This document shows positions 21,860 through 31,093 of a stretch of DNA of 64,000 bases, piece after piece. The notes below the pieces were generated by a model, which saw nothing but the letters and a program-made list of their open reading frames with translations, made no database searches and was not told the origin of the DNA. How positions within the stretch are numbered: the stretch's first letter is position 1; each line of letters starts with the position of its first letter. This DNA comes from an uncultured Planctomycetaceae bacterium (GTDB taxonomy: Bacteria; Planctomycetota; Planctomycetia; Pirellulales; PALSA-1355): the NCBI GenBank assembly GCA_963785305.1, contig CAWAUV010000004.1:96001-160000 (forward strand). Direction: 5' to 3'. The position numbers and the translations under genes are program-made.

Positions 21860-23767
21860 GTGCATCAATACCTGTTCGACTTGCTCGGCCGGCCGACGGA
21901 CGACATCATCACGACCGTTGGGCCGGGTGTCGACGGCAGCGTGCAGCGGATCAGCACGGCTTACGAAATCCGCGGCCTCGTCTTCCAAATCACGTGTTAC
22001 GCCGACACCGCCGGTACGACAGTGGTAAATCAGATCCAAAACGCCTACAATGGCTTCCAGCAACTCGTCACGCAGTTCCAGCAGCATGGCGCCGCCGTGA
22101 ATACCTCCACGTCTCCCAACGTGCAGTACGCCTATGCCGATGGCAGCGCCAACACGACGCGCCTCGCGGCGATCACCTATCCCGGCGCGATCAGCGGCTC
22201 GACGCCTCGCGTCGTTTCGTACAATTACGCGAGCGGCAACGACGATGCGTTATCCCGCATCACCAACTACCGCGATTCCGACAGCACGACGCTCGTCGAG
22301 TACACCTACCTCGGCCTCTCGACATTCGTCGATCTAACGTATCCGCAGCCGGACGTCACCTGGTCGCTAGCCGGCGGCTCCGGCTTCGGCACGAATCCCT
22401 ATCTCGGCCTCGACCAGTTTGGCCGTGTTATTAATAACCCCTGGACCACGCCCACCGCCACGCTCGACCAGATTCAATACGGTTACGATCAAGCGAGCGA
22501 CCGCACATGGCGTCACCAAACCGTCGCCAGCGGGCAAGACGAGCTCTACAGCTACGACGGCATGCAGCGCCTTACCGACATGAGCCGTGGCAATCTGACG
22601 AATAACAACCAGTCCATCGCCAACATGACCTTGGCCCAACAATGGGGACTCGACGCCACGGGCAATTGGTCCAACTTCGTCAACACGGATGTCGTGACCG
22701 CCGCGAACAATCTCGACCAACAGCGAGTGAGTAACCCGGTCAACGAGATCATGGGCATCGCGCAGCGCTACGGCGCGGCGTCGGCGCAGCCGGCGTACAG
22801 CCCGACCGGCGCGATGACCGCGATCCCGCAGCCCGCATCTCCTTCGTCGGCGTTCACCGGCGTCTACGACGCTTGGAACCGCTTGACACAACTGATTGAC
22901 GTCGCCACTTACAGCTACGACGGCCTCAACCGCCGCACGACCAAAACCGTTTCGGGCGTTCTTCGCGACTTGTACTACTCGAACGATTGGCAAGTCCTCG
23001 AGGAACGCGTCGGCGGCGCCACGACCGCCGACCGTCAATTCGTCTGGGGCCTGCGTTATATCGACGACTTGGTCTTGCGCGATCGCTCGACCGAACGCCT
23101 CTACGCCCTCCAAGACGCGAACTGGAACGTGACCTCGGTCGTCAATATTTCCGGCGCCGTTCAAGAACGCTACAGCTACACCGCTTATGGCCTCCCGACT
23201 TTCCTGAGCCCCGATTTCACGCCGTTAGCCGCGAGCGCCTACGCCTGGGAAACCCTCTATTGCGGCTACCGCTGGGACGGCGAGTCGGGGCTATATCTGG
23301 CGCGGAACCGGTATTTGAATTCGCTGCTCGGCGTTTGGGTCACGCGAGATCCGATTGGATATGCTGCATTGGATATGGAACTGTATCGGTACCTCTTCGG
23401 CAATCCGATAAACGGGTCCGATCCAACTGGCGAGCTCTTTTGGTTTTTAGTTCTTGCGTTACTCGCGACGGCCTGGGCATCAACATGTGCCGCCGTAGCC
23501 GCGACGCAAGGACTAAAGCAATCGAAAAAGCAAGGCGGCAACGACAAAACAACGCACTGTATCACGGCGTGCGTATTCAGTCGATGCACATTGTCTTTAG
23601 CTCCGGGCTTAACTGCTTTAGGCACGGTAATTTGGGAAGTGCTCGGCGAATGGCAAGGGTGGGAGTCGGTTAACGATATCAAAGCCGGCCTTTATGGCAT
23701 CTTGCAATCATATAATTTTTTCGGCGCATGTGCGGATAATTGTCGGAAATGCCCGGGGGGGCCTTAA
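21860..23767 (+). CDS. N-terminally truncated (orphan) Rhs repeat-associated core protein with a variable C-terminal domain
   Basis: YD-type repeats; YSYDGLNRR; WGLRYIDDLVLRDR; QDANWNVT; ERYSYTAYG; YCGYRWDGESGLYLARNRY...GVWVTRDPIGY; NPINGSDPTG cleavage-type motif; 111-aa low-GC tip. Confidence 0.92.
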   Translation: MHQYLFDLLGRPTDDIITTVGPGVDGSVQRISTAYEIRGLVFQITCYADTAGTTVVNQIQNAYNGFQQLVTQFQQHGAAVNTSTSPNVQYAYADGSANTTRLAAITYPGAISGSTPRVVSYNYASGNDDALSRITNYRDSDSTTLVEYTYLGLSTFVDLTYPQPDVTWSLAGGSGFGTNPYLGLDQFGRVINNPWTTPTATLDQIQYGYDQASDRTWRHQTVASGQDELYSYDGMQRLTDMSRGNLTNNNQSIANMTLAQQWGLDATGNWSNFVNTDVVTAANNLDQQRVSNPVNEIMGIAQRYGAASAQPAYSPTGAMTAIPQPASPSSAFTGVYDAWNRLTQLIDVATYSYDGLNRRTTKTVSGVLRDLYYSNDWQVLEERVGGATTADRQFVWGLRYIDDLVLRDRSTERLYALQDANWNVTSVVNISGAVQERYSYTAYGLPTFLSPDFTPLAASAYAWETLYCGYRWDGESGLYLARNRYLNSLLGVWVTRDPIGYAALDMELYRYLFGNPINGSDPTGELFWFLVLALLATAWASTCAAVAATQGLKQSKKQGGNDKTTHCITACVFSRCTLSLAPGLTALGTVIWEVLGEWQGWESVNDIKAGLYGILQSYNFFGACADNCRKCPGGP

Positions 23768-23796
23768 AAATGTATATAACTGTCCGCTGAACCGAC

Positions 23797-24318
23797 GTGG
23801 GCTTTCGATTGAAAGCCGCAGCGTGGCTTACGGCCCGCGGCAATAGGTTGTTCGGTTTTTGGGTTGCGTGTTTCACGGGGTTGCATCGAAGGTGCCCGGC
23901 CTTGAATTGCTCTAATATAAAACATACCGCGCGGCTTCGGCTCTTCGTTTTCTTTGGTTTTGTATTAATTCTTGTCGGAATAAGCGGCTACTTCGTATCG
24001 TTGCGGCAGTTTACCAATTCGATTAACAGAAATGATCTGCGTATGCTTGCAGATACGATTGTCATTGGTGAGTCGTATTCATCTGTTCAAGAAAAATTCA
24101 AAACCGCGCTTGCGAAGCACCGTGACTGGCAACTTAGCGAGGAGGCGAGGGGAGATGGAATGGTCATGTGCAGTGTAGACACACCTCTCGAGGTCGGCGC
24201 GAAGAATTGGGTACTATATATTTCATTTGGCAGTAATCGAGTCGAGTCCGTCGCGGTCCGAACCGCAGACTCGGAACATTACCGACCCAGCGATGCACCT
24301 GGCGATCGGATCCGGTGA
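23797..24318 (+). CDS. Putative immunity protein, membrane-anchored (true start may be TTG near 23902)
   Basis: Low-GC ORF directly after the Rhs tip; TM segment LFVFFGFVLILVGISGYFV; soluble domain DTPLEVGAKNWVLYISF...VRTADS...P..APGD. Confidence 0.6.
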   Translation: MGFRLKAAAWLTARGNRLFGFWVACFTGLHRRCPALNCSNIKHTARLRLFVFFGFVLILVGISGYFVSLRQFTNSINRNDLRMLADTIVIGESYSSVQEKFKTALAKHRDWQLSEEARGDGMVMCSVDTPLEVGAKNWVLYISFGSNRVESVAVRTADSEHYRPSDAPGDRIR

Positions 24319-24437
24319 GGCTGCAGGGGAAAATGTGTCCATCTCGAAAACCCGACCCGTGGTGATGGCGATCATGAATAGCATCGATTCCGCAGTTTTC
24401 GTCTCGGCGGAGATCAATAAAGAAGAAAGTAGCGGCG

Positions 24438-24854
24438 GGCGAAATCATCAACTCGCTCGGTGCCGGCGTCGATTCCAGCATCCAGCGAATCAGCACCGCT
24501 TACGACATCTGCGGATTGGTATTCCAAATCACGAGCTATGCCGACACCGGCGCGACCACGGTGGTCAATCAGGTTCAAAACGTCTATAATGGCTTTCAGC
24601 AACTCGTCACGCAGTTCCAGCAGCATGGCGCCGCCGTGAATACCTCCACGTCTCCCAACGTGCAGTACGCCTATGCCGATGGCAGCGCGAACACGACGCG
24701 CCTGACCGCGATCACGTATCCCGGCGCGATCGCCGGCTCCACGCCCCGCGTCGTTTCGTACAACTATGCGAGCGGCAACGACGACGCCCTCAGCCGCGTC
24801 ACGAGCTTCATCGATTCCGACAGCACAACGCTGGTTGAATACACGTATTCTTGA
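24438..24854 (+). pseudogene. Second, truncated Rhs-core fragment duplicating about 21900-22310
   Basis: Translates GEIINSLGAGVDSSIQRISTAYDICGLVFQITSYADT...DSTTLVEYTYS*, paralleling the first copy; 92 bp identical between 22058-22149 and 24597-24688. Confidence 0.85.
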
Positions 24855-25112
24855 GCTGAATATTAGTTGGAATGTCTGATTTATCGATGAGGGGACCGAA
24901 TCACGACAGGGTGATGATCGAGTTGCGGCGGCCCACGAATCTTGTTTGCTCATAGGCGTTGATGCCTTGAATGTCTGACTTTGCTAATCGCCACCGCGCG
25001 GCTCTTGGCGCGGCCGGGCCGGCTGTGGTTGCTGGGGGTGATCCACGGCGACGCATTGCGGGCGGGCTCTTCACCCGCTTCGCCGCGGTTTGTTCCGTTG
25101 GGCGGAAGCGGA

Positions 25113-26384
25113 CTATTTCGCGAGCGTCATTCGCGATGGGCCGGTTCGGCGCGGCAGATAATGGCACACGCCGACGCCCGCGAAATACAAGAACGTGAGC
25201 GGCACGAACAACATCAACATGCTGTAGGGATCGCCGCCTGGGCTGAGCACCATCGAGGCAATGGCGATCACCAGCACCGAGATTCGCCACTTGCTCAAGT
25301 AGGTCTCGACCGTGAATATGCCGATGCGTTCGAGAAACAGCATCACGAGCGGCAACTGAAAGCTCACTCCGAAGCCGAGCGGCAAGAGCAGCACGAAGCC
25401 GAGCCACTCGCTGATTCGCGGGTCGGGGTCGATGCCCATCGATTGGTTGAAGCTGAAGAGAAAACCGAGCACCGGCTTAAAGACAAAGCCGCTCACGACA
25501 ACGCCGGCGAAAAAGAGCCCGATGCTCACCGGCAGAAAGAGATGCACATAATGTTTCTCCTGCGGATAGAGGCCCGCGGCGACGAACGACCACAGGAAAT
25601 AAAAGATCGCGGGGCTCGCAAGCACGGCGCCGGCCACGAGCGCGGCTTTCATGTAGATCATGAAGGTTTCTTGAACGTTCATGCTTTTGATTTTGATGCG
25701 ATCGTCTTCGTCGGCCCGGTGCCAGAGAAATAGCCGCAGCAGTTTCGTGGCGGGCGCCGCTTGGGCTTCCGCCCCCGCGACATCGCCGGCGGCAGGCGCG
25801 TTGTCCGCTTTCGCGGCGCCAGCCCCGGCAGCGTCTGTCCCTGCCCCAGCGGCGCTAGCCCCGGCAGCGACATTCCCAGCAGCGGCGAGCTTGGAGTCCG
25901 CGGAATCCGCGGCGGCGGATTTGGCGGCGGCGTCGGGCTGGGGCGCGGGCGCCTTGGGCCACTTGAAGTTTTCAAACATCTCGGGCTGTTGCGCTTTTAG
26001 TTCATTGAAGAACTCCTCCGGCATCACATAGGTTTCCTCGAACAGGAGCCCACGGTTGACAATCAGGTCGCGGATGCCCGCTTCAGTGCCGAGCTCCGGC
26101 GGAATCGCTTCGCCGTTTTTGCGCCGCTCTTCGATCTTGGCCATAGCGCGGGCCACATCGGCTTTTTGATAATAGTCGATCAGCGCCTTTTCCAGCGGGG
26201 CTTCAATCCAGCGCATAATCCAGTCGCCGCAATAGAGCCCAACGCCGAATCCGAGCGCGAGCGCCACCACCGACTTGAACAAACAGACGCGGAGCTCGTT
26301 TAGATGATCGCCGAAACTCATTTTCGTGTCGGCAAACAGATCATCGTCCAAGGGTTCAACGCGACGGGAGATTGTGGTAGACAT
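25113..26384 (-). CDS. tatC: Twin-arginine translocase subunit TatC with a large loop insertion
   Basis: MSFGDHLNELR, ETFMIYMK, LWSFVAAGLYPQEK, GFGVSFQLP, KWR and LSPGGDPYSM. Confidence 0.93.
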   Translation of the reverse strand: MSTTISRRVEPLDDDLFADTKMSFGDHLNELRVCLFKSVVALALGFGVGLYCGDWIMRWIEAPLEKALIDYYQKADVARAMAKIEERRKNGEAIPPELGTEAGIRDLIVNRGLLFEETYVMPEEFFNELKAQQPEMFENFKWPKAPAPQPDAAAKSAAADSADSKLAAAGNVAAGASAAGAGTDAAGAGAAKADNAPAAGDVAGAEAQAAPATKLLRLFLWHRADEDDRIKIKSMNVQETFMIYMKAALVAGAVLASPAIFYFLWSFVAAGLYPQEKHYVHLFLPVSIGLFFAGVVVSGFVFKPVLGFLFSFNQSMGIDPDPRISEWLGFVLLLPLGFGVSFQLPLVMLFLERIGIFTVETYLSKWRISVLVIAIASMVLSPGGDPYSMLMLFVPLTFLYFAGVGVCHYLPRRTGPSRMTLAK

Positions 26385-26548
26385 AGTGGATTCGGCCTCG
26401 GGGGCCGATGTTTTTCTGGTGGGAATCGTTGGCCGAGCGAGCTGCCGCGCGGCGGCAAAACATTCAAGTCTGTCGCACGCGGCCAGCCTCCGCAAGCGGC
26501 GCCCCGGGCCGGGGATCGCGAGGCCGGTAGGGCGGGCGACGGTGGCGC

Positions 26549-26589
26549 GGCCGCTCGCGCCGGACAGGCCGCTCGCGCCGGACAGGCCG
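26549..26589. repeat. 18-bp tandem repeat (2.3 copies) in the tatC/manA divergent intergenic region
   Basis: GGCCGCTCGCGCCGGACA twice plus GGCCG. Confidence 0.8.
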
Positions 26590-26676
26590 ATTGCAACGCG
26601 CGTGACGAATTCGAGACTCTTAATCATAGCACCGCGCACCGGCGCGAGGCGCTTCGACTTTAGATCCCGGTGAGGC

Positions 26677-27726
26677 ATGGCGCCGCTCTATCCCCTAAGA
26701 TTCGTTCCAATCTGGCGACATTATTTGTGGGGCGGGCGACGGCTCGCGTCGCTGTTGGGCAAGGCGATCCCGCCCGAGACGCCCTGCGCCGAGAGCTGGG
26801 AACTGGTCGACCGTGGCCCCGATCAAAGCCACATCGCCGCCGGACCCCTGGCCGGAGTCACGATCGGCGAATTGCTGCGCGACCGGGCCCAAGAGCTCAT
26901 GGGCCGGCATGGCCACCTCGCCAGCTTCCCGCTGCTGCTGAAATTTCTCGATGCCCGGCAGCCGCTCTCCCTGCAAGTACACCCCGACGATGCCCAGGCG
27001 GCGCTGCTCTCGCCGCCCGACCTGGGCAAGACCGAAGCCTGGGTGATCGTGGCGGCCGAACCGGGCAGCTATCTCTATGTCGGACTCCGCCCGGGCGTCG
27101 ATCGCGAGTCGCTTGCCCGGGCCATCGCGAGCGGACGATGCCAAGAGTGCGTCGAACGACTGGAACCCTTGGCCGGCGATTGTATTTTTATTCCGGCTGG
27201 GGTGGTGCACGCGCTCGGGCCGGGCCTAGTGGTCGCCGAGATTCAACAATCGAGCGACACGACGTATCGGCTCTTCGATTGGAATCGCGTGGGGCCCGAT
27301 GGCAAGCCGCGGGAGCTGCATGTGGCGGCGGCGCTCGACACGATCGACTTCGCGGCGGGCCCGACCCGGCCCGCGCGACCGAGCCTGCTTCCTGAGCCGC
27401 CGCGGGCGGAGCCACCGAATGCGGAATCTCCGCGTGCGAAGTCGGTGCAATCGAGCGCACACCCCGATGCGTCCGAACGATTCGAGCGGCTGGTGACGTG
27501 CGACAAGTTCGTGCTCGATCGCTGGCGCGTGGCGAGTCCGAGAATGGTGGGCGGCGACGACCGGGCGCATTTGGTGGTTGTGCTCGAAGGCGCCGTGTGT
27601 ATTCAGGGCGACGCGATTCGCGAGCCGCTTGCCCGCGGCCAAACGGCGCTCGTGCCGGCCAGTTGCGGGGCGACGCGTTTGACGGCCGATGGCGCCGCGA
27701 CGCTTCTCGATATCTATCTGCCCTGA
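26677..27726 (+). CDS. manA: Type I mannose-6-phosphate isomerase
   Basis: WGGRRL, AESWE, FPLLLKFLDA, LSLQVHPDD, GKTEAW, IPAGVVHA and EIQQSSDTTYRLFDW. Confidence 0.94.
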   Translation: MAPLYPLRFVPIWRHYLWGGRRLASLLGKAIPPETPCAESWELVDRGPDQSHIAAGPLAGVTIGELLRDRAQELMGRHGHLASFPLLLKFLDARQPLSLQVHPDDAQAALLSPPDLGKTEAWVIVAAEPGSYLYVGLRPGVDRESLARAIASGRCQECVERLEPLAGDCIFIPAGVVHALGPGLVVAEIQQSSDTTYRLFDWNRVGPDGKPRELHVAAALDTIDFAAGPTRPARPSLLPEPPRAEPPNAESPRAKSVQSSAHPDASERFERLVTCDKFVLDRWRVASPRMVGGDDRAHLVVVLEGAVCIQGDAIREPLARGQTALVPASCGATRLTADGAATLLDIYLP

Positions 27727-27966
27727 GCCGAATCTGCCAGCAACGCACGCGCCCGCGACGCGAGCGACGATATCACCCAGGGATGGACTCGCCGTCGACC
27801 CCGCGGCGCGGCGGTTTATCTGCTCGGGCGGTGCGAAACTCGCCTGTTTCCAGCGGCGAGGGCGAACTATAATTCGCCGCCTCGCGCTTGGCCGGGCCAA
27901 TTCTGGCTGGCCCGCGCGGTCCCCTTCTTTTTTTCGCAAGCAAACGCCTCGGAAGGCTTTCCTCGC

Positions 27967-28377
27967 ATGCCAGCGCGCCCGACGAGTCTTGTGTTGCTGC
28001 TCGTTTCGGCGGGGGCGCTTGGTTGCCGTTCGATCGCGCTGCCGAGCATATTGCATCCTGGTCCGACCGAAAGTCAACAAGAGCAGACCCAGCGGGCGAT
28101 GTCGGTGTCCGACACCGATTTGCAGACCGAGGCGCCGAGCATTCTGCCACCCGGCTACACGCCGCGGGCCGAAGTGCTGCAATCGCGGAACGTGAAACCG
28201 AATCCGTGGTTTGATCAGAACCGGGCTTACTATCGGCAAGGCGCGGCGGCGGCGCCGAATCCGTATTTTTATTCGCCGCCCCCGGTAGCGCCGCAGCCCA
28301 ACCCCTACGCGCCGTTCGTAACGCCGGCGCCGGCGGCGCCCAATAGCGCTTCGCGGGGCATTCCAAGCTTTTATTGA
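27967..28377 (+). CDS. Pro-rich hypothetical lipoprotein
   Basis: Lipobox ALGC after a hydrophobic stretch; LHPGPTESQQ motif; Pro/Tyr-rich tail. Confidence 0.6.
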   Translation: MPARPTSLVLLLVSAGALGCRSIALPSILHPGPTESQQEQTQRAMSVSDTDLQTEAPSILPPGYTPRAEVLQSRNVKPNPWFDQNRAYYRQGAAAAPNPYFYSPPPVAPQPNPYAPFVTPAPAAPNSASRGIPSFY

Positions 28378-30494
28378 GCTGTGTCTTGCACCCGAGGGGC
28401 AACCATGCTCAGGGCGCCCGCGCCCTCGGCAACCACGCGCTGAATTGCCTGCCGCAATTGCGCCAGGCTCACCGGCTTGACCAGGTGTTCGCTGAATCCA
28501 GCATCGCGGCCCTTGCGGATATCGTCGTCCATGCCGTAGCCGCTCATGGCGATGCCTTTGAGATGAAAGCGGCGATTGAGCTCGCGCATCAGTTCATAGC
28601 CGGTGGAGTCGGGCAGGCCGACATCGCTGAGCACCAAGTCGAACGGCTCGCGCTCGGCGGCGGCGATCGCGGCGGCTACATTGCCGGTCGCGTGGACAAT
28701 ATAGCCGCACGCTTGCAAGAGAAACGTGAGTACTCGGGCCGTGTCCGCGTGATCTTCGACCAGCAGCACTCGCAGCCCTTTGTCCGAACTGGCGCGAAGG
28801 GATTCGACAACCGAATCCGAGAGTGGCGTTTCTCGCGGGCCGCCCGGAAGCTCGATGGTAAAGCTGGCGCGCGCCCCAGGCCAGGACTCTCGGCGCGGAT
28901 CGAGCCGCCGTGTTGCTCGACGATTGCTTTCGAAATCGCGAGCCCCAGCCCCATGCCGCCAAAGCGTCGGGTGATGCTATCGTCACCCTGCTCAAACGCG
29001 TCGAACACGCGGGAGAGCAGGTCGGGCGCGATGCCCTGGCCGGTATCGCGAATTTCGATCCGAACGCGATCGGCCTCGGCCAGCGAAGTGGTAATGAATA
29101 CATCACCGCGCTCCGCGGTAAACTTGGCGGCGTTTTTGAGCAGGTTCCAAAGCACCTGTTGCAAACGCGCGGGATCGGCCGTGGCAAAGCCCACTCGCGG
29201 GTCGAGTTCGCGATGCAACCGAAGCGATTTTTCCAAGATCACGGTGCGGCAGATCTGGCAAACATGGTCGACGGCCGCGTTGAGATCGACCTGCCGCGGC
29301 TCCAGCCGCAACTTGCCGCGCACAATGCGATTCAAATCGAGCAGATCGTCGATGAGCTTGATCTCGAGCTCCACGTTGCGACGAATCATTTCCACGTTTT
29401 CGCGAATCGTCGGCGGGAGATCGGGATCGGAATCCATCGCCGCCACGCTCATCAGCACCGGAGTGAGCGGAGTGCGCAACTCGTGGCTCAGCACGGCGAG
29501 GAAATGATCCTTGGCCTGATTGGCCCGCTCGGCGGATTCCTTGGCTTCTTGCAATGACGCTTCGGTTTCGCGCTGGGCGGTGATGTCGGTGTTGGTGCCA
29601 ACCCAGCCGGTGATGCGGCCGACGGCGTCGCGCACTGGCAGGGCGCGCGAGAGAAACCAGCGATATTGGCCATCGCGTCCGCGGAGCGGAAATTCGTCTT
29701 CCCATGGCTCGCCCGAATCCCAGCTTTTCTGAAGCGAGCGAAGCACGCGTTCGATGTGATCGGGGTGATGCACTCGGGTCCAACCCCAGCCGGCCACTTC
29801 TTCGAGCGTGGCGCCGGTGTAGTCAAACCAGCGCCTGGTTGTACCAGTGGATCGCGCCTTGCGCATCGGCCAACCAAGCGAACTGCGACATGGAATCGGC
29901 CAAGGTGCGAAACTTGGCTTCGCTCTGCTCGATGGCGTCGGCCACGCGTTCACGATCGCGCAGATCGGCGCGAAGTGAGATTTCGGCCATCACCGCTTCG
30001 CCCAGCGTTTGCAGCACCTCGAGGTCTTCGTGGAGCCAATGCCGCGGTTGGCTGTCGATCGCGCAGAGCGAGCCGATCGCATGGCCCTCGGGCGCCAGGA
30101 GCGGCACTCCAAGATAAGCCACCACACCCAGTTCACCGATCGCGGGATTGCGGCTCACCAGCGGATTTAACCGCGCGTCGGAGATAATCAGTGGTTGCGA
30201 GGTCGCGGTCACATGGCGGCAAAACGAATGCGAAAGGGGTGTCTCGCGCGCCTCGGACCACGGCGCCGGCAAGCCGATCGCGCTCTTGAAGAATTGCCGA
30301 TCTTCGGCGACCAGCGACACGAGCGCCACCGGAACTCGGAGAATCTTGCGAACCAATTCCGTGAGCCGGTCGAAGATCGGCTCGGGCGGCGTGTCGAGCA
30401 GGCCCGTGTGAGATAGCGCCGCGGTCCGCGATCCCGCGTCGGATTCGGTGCTCGCGACTTGGGTCGTTTCCGGGAGAATCCGGGAAAAACTCAT
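28371..30494 (-). CDS. Cytoplasmic hybrid sensor kinase GAF-PAS/PAC-HisKA-HATPase-REC; frameshifted
   Basis: GAF (LLDTPPEPIFDRLT...HSFCRH), PAS (FRTLADSM, VHHPD, YRWFL), FLAVLSHELRTPL, NLLKNAAKFT, DTGQG, GGMGLGL, then REC (LLVEDH, SDVGLPD, KPV). Frameshifts near 29835 and 28860. Confidence 0.92.
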
Positions 30495-30722
30495 AACGAA
30501 CTGTCTCGATAATGCCAGACCTCGGACGCCGAAAGTCGACCTTAGAGGCGACGTCATGGGTGACGCCGCTCGTTAGGATAGTTAGTATATCAGTCACGAC
30601 CGACGCCGGCGCGGGTCCGCGCGAGGACGCAATTGAGCAATCGCTTGGTCACTGCTCCTTGGCCGGCGGCGCCGAAAACGTTTTTGGACTCCATCACACG
30701 CGGCATCCCACGCGTTTCTCGC

Positions 30723-30959
30723 ATGTTTCGATCGATCCTCACCATCCTCCTGGCCGTGAACTGTTTGCTGCCGATCGCGGTGCTGCTAATGCTCGGGCTC
30801 GCGCGGCTGCTGGCGGCCCTGGGCGACGAGGCCGGCGCCAGTGTGTTGGGGCGACTAAGCCTCGGCGGCGGAACACTCTGGGGCCTGACTCTCATTTCGT
30901 TGCTCCTCGCGCTTGCATTGCGGGCCGTGGTCGAGTCCGATGAAACCAAGCAGTCTTGA
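30723..30959 (+). CDS. Small two-TM membrane protein
   Basis: Two hydrophobic helices flanking LGDEAGA. Confidence 0.6.
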   Translation: MFRSILTILLAVNCLLPIAVLLMLGLARLLAALGDEAGASVLGRLSLGGGTLWGLTLISLLLALALRAVVESDETKQS

Positions 30960-30963
30960 CCCG

Positions 30964-31022
30964 AAGCCGACGAACTAAAGCCGACGAACTTTTGACACGC
31001 GACCCGCGTCGGCGTCTACAAT
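30964..31022 (+). promoter_or_regulatory. Direct repeat abutting a sigma70-like promoter
   Basis: AAGCCGACGAACT twice (14-bp period, 30964-30990), then TTGACA (30992-30997), N19, TACAAT (31017-31022). Confidence 0.45.
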
Positions 31023-31093
31023 GAGCGATTGGAGCGGCGCGGGCCGTTCGTTGTGCGGCGGCTGAGTGGCCTATTCATGCGTCTCGCGGCGAT

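Noticed and set aside
21860..24854. Diversity-generating retroelement template/variable repeat pair
   Set aside because: Differences between the copies are mostly synonymous and not adenine-specific, and no reverse transcriptase is present.
26549..26589. Short repeats as a CRISPR array
   Set aside because: Adjacent tandem copies with no spacers and no cas genes; no CRISPR array was seen anywhere in the window.
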